64,000 nt of DNA. It comes from Alloascoidea hylecoeti (Eukaryota). A program made the position numbers and the translations under genes. The stretch covers positions 186,001-250,000 of the forward strand of contig BCKZ01000004.1 of assembly GCA_001600815.1 (NCBI GenBank), in the 5' to 3' direction. Shown piece by piece: positions 34,119 through 45,818 of this stretch (position 1 is its first letter; the number at the start of each line of letters is the position of its first letter). Under the pieces are notes generated by a model that had not been told where the DNA came from, ran no database searches, and saw nothing but the letters and a program-made list of their open reading frames with translations.

Positions 34119-35559
34119 ATGTTTCAAGGACCACAATCATATCACTCGATACTACACGTACCTGTCGAAAGTCGTGAGGAGATTTTGTTTGAATGTGTGC
34201 AACTATTTTTCGCAAACCCTCTTCCAGCAAACACAAACTTACCGGTCTATCATACCATAAAACTGTCTGAGGTAAAACTCATGGAGGCTTATGTTGATCA
34301 CTTTGCTGAATGGATCGATATCCCCTTTCCCTTCCTCTTTTTCAAAGAAGTATTACCCATTGCGTCGCTTTCCGATAAGACAGGCATCATAATATCAGCA
34401 ATAAATTCCTGTGGAGCGGCATATTTGCACAAGTCTGACCCCTCCCAATATTCTCACAATTTAGCATTGACTTTACTGAACGATACTATCAAAATGTTGA
34501 CTGATGAAATAGGGAGACCAGATAAAAGTTTACATAGATGCTTGATTGTTTCTGTGCTTTTAAATCTATCAGAAAATATTTTGGATCCGGATCCTACTAT
34601 TAAACATACAGTACACCTTTGCGGCTCTAAAGATATTCTTAATGAGATAAAAAAGACTCCTTCATTGTATACATATGCGAGTCCTACTGGTGCTGCCTAC
34701 CCATTCGATTCACAGATAACAAGGTACTGCTTCTGGTCTCTCGTTTTTTCGGATCTATTTTCTTCCTTAAAAAGCAGTTCTATAATGTGGTGGAATCCAA
34801 AAAAGTGAGTATAACATACTAAAGCTGAATTTGGAATCTTCTTACCAGCAATTTTTCCAATAGATGGGGTCCAGAATCAGGTATAGATACCATCACTCCT
34901 GTGAGAGATACAGCATGGTTTTATTGTCGAATCTTTTATCTATTATCACTTGTTAATAATTTAGTTAACCATCAAGATGTTCCCACTTTGGAAAACCATA
35001 GACAAAAAATAGATGATGTTACACATAATCAATTGATTGATGAGATACAAGAATGGGTTGATACCTTACCAGAAGAATTAAGACCAACAATGCTTCTAAG
35101 AACAACTGAATATGAGGGTTTTCCTATTATTAGTTGTCATGGGAAGCAGCAATATATAATGTGGATTGCTTTTCACGCTGCCCATATTTTACTAACTAAT
35201 AGAATGCTTGGGTTAACCGATTCCAATCCTATTTGCCAAATGTATACGTGTAGCTATGCTGCAAAATTAAATCACGCTCGCAAAATTATGGGTATATGGA
35301 GATCTTCTCAGGATCCGTAGGTTTTTTTTCTAATACAATTGACATTTATTTAAATTTAAGCTAATATTTTTTGTCATTTAGTGTTGTATGGTCTTGTACA
35401 CTATGGGCTTACGATATTGCTGCTCCATGTCTTAGATCCCAGAAAGAAAAGTCCGAAGCTAGTTCTATATTCGAAACTATGAATGAAAGAATTAGTATCG
35501 GAATACGACCAGGGCAGAAGATTTATAAATTTATAAATAAAACTCCTGTTGATATTTGA
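34119..35559 (+). CDS. Zn-cluster-less fungal TF-domain protein, copy C; exons 34119..34804, 34864..35316, 35382..35559
   Basis: Introns 34805..34863 (GTGAGT..TAG) and 35317..35381 (GTAGGT..GCTAAT..TAG) match the positions in copies A and B. Closest to copy B. Confidence 0.75.
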
Positions 35560-35764
35560 TTTTGATTTCTTTTGCTTTCTCTCTTTGGCTCGCTACATCG
35601 TGTTTTAAAAGCCATTGTCTAATTATGATGTTTTCTTATTATAATGTTAATTATTTTCTGTAAAATTTTCTTATATTTTTATCCCGGGATCCTAAAGTAA
35701 TTCTTTATGCCGTAATAACAGTACTATTATTATTAGAACTCTGCTTCCTTTGATTTTGATTTAA

Positions 35765-35950
35765 ATTTTATTCATCATATTTTTGTTTCGAATGATATAC
35801 TTTTAATCATAACTAACCATTTTAAATCTTCTTGCATTGAACCACAAAATCTAATCATTTTTAAAAATATATCAATTTTTGTACAAGTTAATGATAATGA
35901 ATCAATTTCAACTGCATCAATTAAATCTTTTATTGCTATTATCTTATCTG
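35765..35950 (-). pseudogene. Remnant of the C-terminal half of a PH domain (Opy1-like)
   Basis: Minus frame KIIAIKDLIDAVEIDSLS...IRFCGSMQEDLKWLVMIKS resembles PH beta5-beta7 plus the terminal helix. The homologous + strand piece at about 25520-25590 reads KSCVLNEEDLVKWLVVIKR. No intact upstream ORF. Confidence 0.5.
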
Positions 35951-37386
35951 TAATATTATTTTACATGTACCATTTGAAATATTTTATCATTAACATTTAT
36001 TTTATTGCTATTGTTATTTGATACGATTGTGAAGATATTTGTGTGTTCTTTGCAAAGATTTGTTTTTATTTTGTTCATTATCATCTTTTGGGTTTTGTTT
36101 TATGCTATTGTTATTTTTACTTTAATAGTAAGATTATTATCATCATTTTCAGTAATATCGTTATTTATGGGTAGAATACCCGTATAAATTAGTTGGGATA
36201 GATTTCTAAATTTTTTATCTAATACTGGTAAAGATAAACTACTATTATCAGAATTTGAAAGGGAAGAAGCTATATTTTTTTGATTGTTGAAACTTTTCTT
36301 TGTTTTGATGGATAATTAACTGGAATTGAGATTAAAGTATATTTAGATAGATTTCGATTCTGATTGATAAATATCTTCTCAAATTTGTCTTGTGTATTAT
36401 TAGTATTATAACTAGCCACTAAATACTCGACAAACCATTAAACTCTGCCTAAGATAGTGAATAATGTTTCTATTAGACTACGCAAAATGAAATTTTAAAT
36501 CTATGATAGTACTATGAATATTATGTGTACTATTAGTGGCTTATTAACGCCATGCTACCTTACGAGGCAAGGAGTTAATCGGATTACCAATGATAACCTG
36601 ATCCATGAGGTCCCAATTTTTGAAAAGACTTAATAAAGAGATCTTTATTCCTTTATACACCATGTAAAAGGCTCATAATCGCAATTTTAGACCTTTGATG
36701 AACTTATTTAAGGAGGCTCCTCCACACTCTCTAGGAATATGCATATCCACCATAATGTGCACGTGATACTAATTCTCAGTCGGAACAACATGTAGGCCCT
36801 ATTTGTATGATCCCGAAATCTAGAGACCTACTACATACTACATAGTTAAGATATAAGGATAAATAGTTTGACAAAGAAGTGCAAAAAATAAGTAGAAGAC
36901 TCAAGATTTACAATTACTATTTATCTACTTTCTGTCGGTTTTAATGTATAAATAAATTGATTTTGATGTTGTAGTCACATTTTCAGTGTTGATTATAGTT
37001 TTCATAATTATATTTATAAGCCTACAGCTTAAACTGAAAGGTTTCCTGATTTGACTCATAGTAAATTGCAATTAATGTTATCATCAGTAGGTACGTATAC
37101 CGATCGTTACTCTAAATCTTAATTGCAATACAATGTACTTAAAATCATTATGATCCACAACAAGTCTTATAGTATTGTCTCACTCGGTGTTCTTTCTGAT
37201 CACGTCAACTACCGTTATGGGTCGGTGATCTCACCAAATATCCAACAGCATAGACAAGCTTAAAAATCTACAGATCTAGGCAAATAAATAATCCAAGGAT
37301 CATCTCCAGACGAGCAAAGATGCAATTGAGTAAACAGGCCAAAAGAAAAATTTATAAAATATCAGTCAGTATATAAATTTTAAATT

Positions 37387-37935
37387 TCAATTTCTAGAAT
37401 TTTCAACTTCTTCTAAAAATTCTAATAAAAATTCCAATGCTTTTTTAGCAAAATTTTCCATATTTTCACCTCTATTATTACTTCCACTATCCCAAGTTTT
37501 ACTCATTTCTTTTTTTGAACTAACAATTCCAAAATAAACTTTTCCTGGATTTTGATTTAATAAATCACCACCAGTTGGTCCAGCAAAACCTGATTCACTT
37601 AATGTATAATCACTACCCATTTCAATTTTTAAATTTCTTGCTAATCTTAAAACAACTGATTCACTTGGTCCTGTATAATTTTCAATATCATTTTCATGCC
37701 AACCAGATAATTTTAAACGAGATTTTAATGAATAAACTAATGTACCACCATGATAATAATTAGATGCACCTGGGACAGAAATTAAATATGATGATATTAA
37801 TCCTCCACAAGCTGCTTCAGATGTTGAAATTGTTTCATTTCTTTTTGTTAAAATTGTTGCAATTTTGGTGACTATTGGTATTATATCTGAAGGTGGGAAT
37901 AACCGTGTCGGTATTGTTGTAGTAGGTTCACTCAT
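37387..37935 (-). CDS. CinA C-terminal domain protein (PncC/NMN deamidase-like fold)
   Basis: ISTSEAACGGLISSYLISVPGASNYY.GG.LVYS and SESGFAGPTGG match the CinA-C pattern. Confidence 0.8.
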   Translation of the reverse strand: MSEPTTTIPTRLFPPSDIIPIVTKIATILTKRNETISTSEAACGGLISSYLISVPGASNYYHGGTLVYSLKSRLKLSGWHENDIENYTGPSESVVLRLARNLKIEMGSDYTLSESGFAGPTGGDLLNQNPGKVYFGIVSSKKEMSKTWDSGSNNRGENMENFAKKALEFLLEFLEEVENSRN

Positions 37936-38172
37936 TATATAAACAGATGATAAATATTGTCAAAATTTGAAGATTTCAATTTAAAAGATGACAGAATCAT
38001 ACGCCATATAATGCTAAAAGGCAGGGTAACATTGATCCTGATTGATCAGATCAAAATTTAAGAAAAGTATTATATATAAGAATAGATATAAATTAATCAA
38101 TAAAGCCTTGTATATTATTTTATACTCTACCTATAAATCATCATCATTTGCAATATTTAGATATTTACTATT

Positions 38173-39963
<1,791 letters not shown>

Positions 39964-39989
39964 TTAGTGCGTAATAGACATTTATTAAG

Positions 39990-40747
39990 TTATTGTTTAG
40001 TCAGCGTTGCTTTCTCTTTTTCCATTCGTTGCAGCAGATCACGTGTCTTGCGTGTTTTGTCCAGAACGAGCTGCGTCGCATACTCGTACCGCTCCATCTC
40101 CTCGTTTTCCCGTTCTTGGCTGAAGCCGCCGTGTTGCTGGGGCAACAACGGCCTCCTCGTCAGAATCTCAAACATGATTTCCGTCGGCTCGTTGAAGACA
40201 ATTTCGTCGTAAATGATGCTCTTAACTTCGTTGCTGGTGGGAACTTGATCCGCTGCATATCCGTATGGGTGCAGTTTCAGATGGTGGTATAACGTTACGT
40301 TTTTTTCATTCGCGTCGCTGTGAAAGTATATTTTGATTGTGATTTCAAACTCCCCCCATCCTGTTTCGGTGACTTCGTATGGCGGTGCATCAACGGCTGT
40401 CAGTGTTTCGTTAGTTGGTTGCCACTAGTACATGACTATAATTGGAAAGCACTCACTTCGTGTTGAATTGGCATACGTATCATGTAATTTGAAAACAACC
40501 TTCTTGATGAAGTATGAAAGGTCTTCTCCTTGGGGTCCTCTGACAAATATAGTCCAAGAATGCGTATGGTCAACGGGTGTTGTTGGTGTTCGCTGTTTAT
40601 CCGTTAAAGGTGTTGCAACATTTCCATAAATAAACGGTCGATATAATGAAATGTTCTATTCTCTGAGTGTTAATATATGTGTACATAGTTGGATATGTTA
40701 TAACTTTTATTTACCTTTAATCGTTTTGAACTGGCTCCTGTCATCAT
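39990..40747 (-). CDS. YAF9: YEATS-domain protein (NuA4/SWR1 subunit); exons complement(40715..40747, 40457..40655, 39990..40396)
   Basis: Mostly absent from the ORF track. Manual translation gives RPFIYGN, HTHSWTIFVRGP, YFIKKVVFKLHDTY, PPYEVTETGWGEFEI, YHHLKLHPY. Introns 40656..40714 (GTAAAT..TAG) and 40397..40456 (GTGAGT..ACTAAC..CAG). Confidence 0.93.
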
Positions 40748-40879
40748 TGATATTAATACGCTTCGTGGTGCTTTTCTGTGGAGTGGAACAGAAAATATTA
40801 TTATGGTAAACACCCACACACCCGCCCATCTCCTAACATATTTTACATCTCTCTCTTTTCAATTTCACTATAAATAAAT

Positions 40880-42691
40880 ATGGATCGATATTCAGGAAAT
40901 TCAAGGAGGAATAATAATAATGGTAATAGTTTTAGAAATGGACGAGATCGGTTTAGATCTGATGATCATTCAAGGTCAGGGTCACGAAATCGTTTAGAAA
41001 GAGTTCAACGTCATTCAAGGTCTCGATCACCCAATAGAGATTACAATTATGAAAGAGATGAAAAAAGATATCGACATGATAGAGATAATTCTAATTCAAA
41101 TTCAAATTTTCAGCAACAGCGTTCATTTAATATTAAAAGAGAAAATAACAACAAAAAGATGATATTAAAAAATGAAAATGATGATAAACAAGTTCAAAAA
41201 TGGATATCTGAAGAATCAGATTTTGCATTACAACAGAAAAAAAATGGTTGTTTATCGCGTATAAATTATAATCGATCAACACTAATTGATAAATTTTCAA
41301 TAATAATACAAATTTTAAATTATAAAAATGATGAAAAAAAATTTATAAATTCTGAAATTAATGAATTATTTGAAAATATTATTGATAAATTTGAAATGAT
41401 AAAATTACCAAATTTTATTTATAATTTATCATCATTAGATGAAATTAATAATTTATTAATAAAAGAAATTCCTGATTTTTTAAATTTAGAAAAAAATCAA
41501 TTTAATTTAAATTATTGGAATTTTATAATTGATTTATTAAATCATCAAAAATTATTATTATTATCAAAACAACAAGAAAATGATGATATAAATTTAGAAA
41601 AAAAATTAGTTGAACCAGTAATTGATGATATTAATAATATTATAAATAATAAATCAATAAAAGATTTAGAAATTTTAAAAATTAAAGTTTTAAAAACATT
41701 AGATAATAATAATAAAACAATTGATAGAGATTTTTGGAATGAATTATATAAACAATTAATTTTAAAAATTTCTGAATTAAAAATCATTAAATATTATGAT
41801 GAAGCTTTAAAAATTCAAAAATATGAATTTTTGAAAAAACAATTAAAAATTGCATCAAAATCAAAAATTATACAAGATTTAAATGATTATAATAGCCAAA
41901 CAGTTGTATATAACGAAGATTTAGAAGTTCCAAAAATCAATTATATTAATCAAAAAGATGAACTTGGTATAAGAAATACTTTATCATTAAATAAATTTTC
42001 AGAATGGATAGGATCTGAAAGAGAAAAAATTCAAACTTTACAATTAATACCATTAAATGAAAATAAACAAATAAATAGTAATGAAATCCATCAACCAAAT
42101 ATTAATTCAATTTCAATAATAAATAATCCATCAACAACATCATCAACAATAAAAGAATTATATGATAATGAAGTATCTGAAATATTAGAAGAAAATGAAG
42201 AAATTTTTAATGAAGAAGCAAATATTAATTTAACAACAACTAATAATAATAAATTAAAATCATCAATTATGAAAAATAAAACAATAAAACCTCGTTATTT
42301 TAATAGAGTTCAATTAGGTTTTGAATGGAATCGTTATAATCAATTACATTATAATGCTGATAATCCACCACCAAAAATTGTTCAAGGTTATAGATTTAAT
42401 ATTTTTTATCCAGAATTAATAAATTCTGATAAATCACCAAATTATAAAATTATAAAAGAAAAACAAAATCAAAAACAAAATCAACAAGATAATAATGATA
42501 ATGAAAATGGGAATGAAAAAACTTGTATTATTAAATTTATTTCTCCTGAACCTTATGAAGATATTGCTTTTAGAATAGTTGATAGAGAATGGGATTATTC
42601 AGCAAAACGTTATTCAGGTTTTAAGAATAGATTTGAAAATGGAGTTTTACAATTACATTTTAGATTTAAAAAAATTTTTTATAGAAAATAA
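40880..42691 (+). CDS. Cactin (spliceosome-associated, Cay1-like)
   Basis: RS-rich N-terminus; WISEESDFALQQ mid domain; C-terminal KPRYFNRVQLGFEWNRYNQLHY, PPPKIVQGYRFNIFYP, PYEDIAFRIVDREW. Confidence 0.92.
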   Translation: MDRYSGNSRRNNNNGNSFRNGRDRFRSDDHSRSGSRNRLERVQRHSRSRSPNRDYNYERDEKRYRHDRDNSNSNSNFQQQRSFNIKRENNNKKMILKNENDDKQVQKWISEESDFALQQKKNGCLSRINYNRSTLIDKFSIIIQILNYKNDEKKFINSEINELFENIIDKFEMIKLPNFIYNLSSLDEINNLLIKEIPDFLNLEKNQFNLNYWNFIIDLLNHQKLLLLSKQQENDDINLEKKLVEPVIDDINNIINNKSIKDLEILKIKVLKTLDNNNKTIDRDFWNELYKQLILKISELKIIKYYDEALKIQKYEFLKKQLKIASKSKIIQDLNDYNSQTVVYNEDLEVPKINYINQKDELGIRNTLSLNKFSEWIGSEREKIQTLQLIPLNENKQINSNEIHQPNINSISIINNPSTTSSTIKELYDNEVSEILEENEEIFNEEANINLTTTNNNKLKSSIMKNKTIKPRYFNRVQLGFEWNRYNQLHYNADNPPPKIVQGYRFNIFYPELINSDKSPNYKIIKEKQNQKQNQQDNNDNENGNEKTCIIKFISPEPYEDIAFRIVDREWDYSAKRYSGFKNRFENGVLQLHFRFKKIFYRK

Positions 42692-42801
42692 AGAATTTGA
42701 TATATTGTGGATATTTCCAATACATTAATACCACTAGTTATATAAATAGCTCAATACAGTCTTATTTTTTCTTTAAAATTTTATATAGTTTTGTACTATA
42801 A

Positions 42802-44583
42802 TCACATTATAATTTGAGAAGTCGATAAACTCTTCTTACCCTTTTTCAATTTACCACTAGTATCTCTTTGTTCACCCTTATTATCAATAATAGTAACATT
42901 ACCTCTTTTAAGAACATCGTGAATTTCAGATTTCTTAGATTTTGGTTTATCATTATTAACATTATATTTCTTCTTCTCACTTCTTCGTATTCTTTTCTTA
43001 TCTTCTTTTGACATTTCATTTTTAGTCATAACAAGACCACTCTTAAATTTAACCTCGCCTTTTGTTTTATTTTTCTTATCTTTAATTGAATAAATTTCTT
43101 GTGGTGCTAATTGTGAATTATTTGATGATGCAAATGGTTGAGCATCTTCCATTGAAATAGTTGGAGCATTCGTAACAATATTAATTTCTGCTACTGGTGC
43201 TTTTGGTGTAAAATGCCATGAACTTAAACTATCTAATTTTTTAGTTAATGAATTAAATATTTGTTTAATTTCATCATGTGCTTTTTCTAATTCTAAATTT
43301 GATGTTGATGTTGAATTCATTGAATCATTTTTAAAATCATCTTCATATATTTCAGCTAATGATTTTGATGATTTTGTATCTTGTAATTGAGTTGTAAAAT
43401 CTTTTGATGGTTTAAAATTAATTAAATTTGGTAATCTTTTTTCTAATTCATCAAATTGATCATTTAAAATTCTTTTTTTAATAATTTCTTCAATTGTTTC
43501 TATTAATTCTGCAGTTATAACAGGTACAGGTTTTGAAGTACCTTCAAAATCTAATTGAACTTGTAATAATGAATTATGTGGTCTTTGTTTTGCTTGTGCT
43601 TCACCTTTTAATGTCCATTTTTTTTCACCAATATTTTCTAATTCTAATTCTCTGATTTGTTCACTAATTAACTTTTGTTGTTTTTCAAACTTTGATAATT
43701 TAGAATCTTCTCCTTCTTCTTCTTCTTCATCATCATCATCAAATTCTGCAAATATATCTTTTTTGGCATTATTAATACCTTCATCATAATCTTCTTCACC
43801 GAATTCTTCTTCTTCTTCTTCTTCTTCTTCTTCTTTATTATCAATTTCATCATGCTTTCTTTTTGATCCAACATTTCCTTTACTCTTTTTATTCGTATAA
43901 TTTTTAGTATCAAAAAAATCTTTATGATGTAAGTCCTCATCTGCAGAAATTTCTCCAAACATATCAACTTCTTCTTCATCATCGTCTTCTTCATCGAAAC
44001 CATTTCTTTCAGCTAGTAATGTTTGTCTATTGAATTCCTCTAATGAAAAGAAACCATCGTCTAAACCAAATTTATCATCTGATTTTTTTTCACTTGTGTG
44101 TTCATCAACTGATTCTTCTTCTTCATTAGCATCATCTTTTAGTTTAGACCCCTCTTCAGATTCTGAATTTTCTTCCATTTCCACATCTGATTCCTCTTCA
44201 TTTTCTTCTTTATCGTCTGAATCTTCTTCTTCGCTGTCTTCGTCATCTTCATTGTCATCATCACTACTCTCTTCATCGTCATCGCTCTGAATTTTACTTT
44301 CAACATCATTACGTTTAACACTTCTTTCCTTCTTGATCTTACTCTTTAATTTTGCAAGATTATTCAATAAAATTTCATTAGATGCTGAATCCAAAATAAT
44401 CTTAGCCTGTGCCCAAACTTGAGTAGCATCTAATCCATTAACATGTATTTCATCTAAAATTGAATAATCTGATGCAATAGGATCCAATAAATTTTTCGTA
44501 AAATTTAATATATCTTCTTGTTTTATCTTATCAAGGAAAATATCTTGAGGATTTAAGATTATACTCTCAATAACATTGCTCAT
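42802..44583 (-). CDS. MPP10: U3 snoRNP protein Mpp10
   Basis: GLDATQVWAQ, LDDGFFSLEE, WTLKGEAQAKQRPHNSLL, KSSKSLAEIYE, LDSLSSWHFTPK, LAPQEIY. Confidence 0.95.
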   Translation of the reverse strand: MSNVIESIILNPQDIFLDKIKQEDILNFTKNLLDPIASDYSILDEIHVNGLDATQVWAQAKIILDSASNEILLNNLAKLKSKIKKERSVKRNDVESKIQSDDDEESSDDDNEDDEDSEEEDSDDKEENEEESDVEMEENSESEEGSKLKDDANEEEESVDEHTSEKKSDDKFGLDDGFFSLEEFNRQTLLAERNGFDEEDDDEEEVDMFGEISADEDLHHKDFFDTKNYTNKKSKGNVGSKRKHDEIDNKEEEEEEEEEEFGEEDYDEGINNAKKDIFAEFDDDDEEEEEGEDSKLSKFEKQQKLISEQIRELELENIGEKKWTLKGEAQAKQRPHNSLLQVQLDFEGTSKPVPVITAELIETIEEIIKKRILNDQFDELEKRLPNLINFKPSKDFTTQLQDTKSSKSLAEIYEDDFKNDSMNSTSTSNLELEKAHDEIKQIFNSLTKKLDSLSSWHFTPKAPVAEINIVTNAPTISMEDAQPFASSNNSQLAPQEIYSIKDKKNKTKGEVKFKSGLVMTKNEMSKEDKKRIRRSEKKKYNVNNDKPKSKKSEIHDVLKRGNVTIIDNKGEQRDTSGKLKKGKKSLSTSQIIM

Positions 44584-45818
44584 CTTTCTTTTTTTCTATT
44601 TCCCCTTTATAAAAATATTAGTGAATTAATGAAAATTATATTTTTGAGTTGTTAGAAAAAGATTTTTTTTTCTTCGATATGAAGTGATTATGTCATGCTT
44701 ATGCAATTTTTATACTTATTTACGCTTAGTTTTGAACAAATTATATGTAATAATGTTCGACCATTTGTTACATGCGCTAAATATTAGTGGAACAAGAGGC
44801 CGAATTTTCACCCCAAAAGTGGTCGTAAATAAGTGGAAGCACTGTAGTATGGTCAGAAAATTACAAGTTCAACCTATAGATGGTTATAATTGGAGTAAAC
44901 TAAAAGAAGTCTTCTTTGATAACTCTAGGAAGTTGTTCGATTAATGTTGAGTTATAACTAACTGTCTCTTTATAAGTTCGTATGCTTGGTGATGGCCTTA
45001 TAATTATTAGTTAACATTCTGGATAGAAGCATATGAGTCCACGACAATTACAATATTAATACTGTAACCACTTAATCATATAATTGATATTTACATTATT
45101 TTATTAACAAAAACAACTAGGTATAGTAGTATACTAGCAAAAAATAACAAAATGCAACACCGATAAATGTCTTTGGAGAATAACATAACAGACAATGATA
45201 ACAACGATAATAATAATAAACTCAAATATAATAGAAACAGTAAGCATAGAAAAAAATTAAAAGTAACCTTTCAAAACTAAAATATAATTGCAATTGTTGT
45301 ATGAATATTTGTTAAAAAAGAGAAATTAATATATATTCTTGTGAATGTATCAATTGCAAGAAAATAACAATTGTAAAAAGCCTTGTGTTATTAAAATTAA
45401 TTTTTGTTTCCAACACAACAAATGGTATAAAATATGGATATCCACTCTTGTACAGTTGACAAGAGGTCCTGCGACTTTTTGGTGTAACTGGTTCATGGTC
45501 TTTAATATAAAATAAGATCACCTCCTTAAGCTTAACCTTCAAAACCAAATTAATTGCAATAAAAGAAAATAATATGGGTATAATAATAATAATATAAATA
45601 ATACCGTAATAAAGATAATAATGAAAATAACAATAAAAAATAAACACAAACATAAACATAATAATATTAGCAATAACAATAAGAATAAACGTTAACATAA
45701 CAATAATAAAAATAAGCAAATCAATAATAAAAATAAACATAATAACAATAGAAATAAACATAAACATAAAAACAATAGTCAAGAACGGAAACATTAATTG
45801 AGTCAAATCAAATCACAT

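Noticed and set aside
36400..37330. Possible LTR relic ending in ATATCCAACA (37247), matching the TRIM LTR terminus over 10 nt
   Set aside because: No partner terminus with a TSD found and no further similarity; too short to call.
45312..45806. 164-aa hydrophobic ORF resembling a membrane protein
   Set aside because: It is the translation of a low-complexity A-rich tract downstream of the Sec7-like gene, with a non-ATG start.
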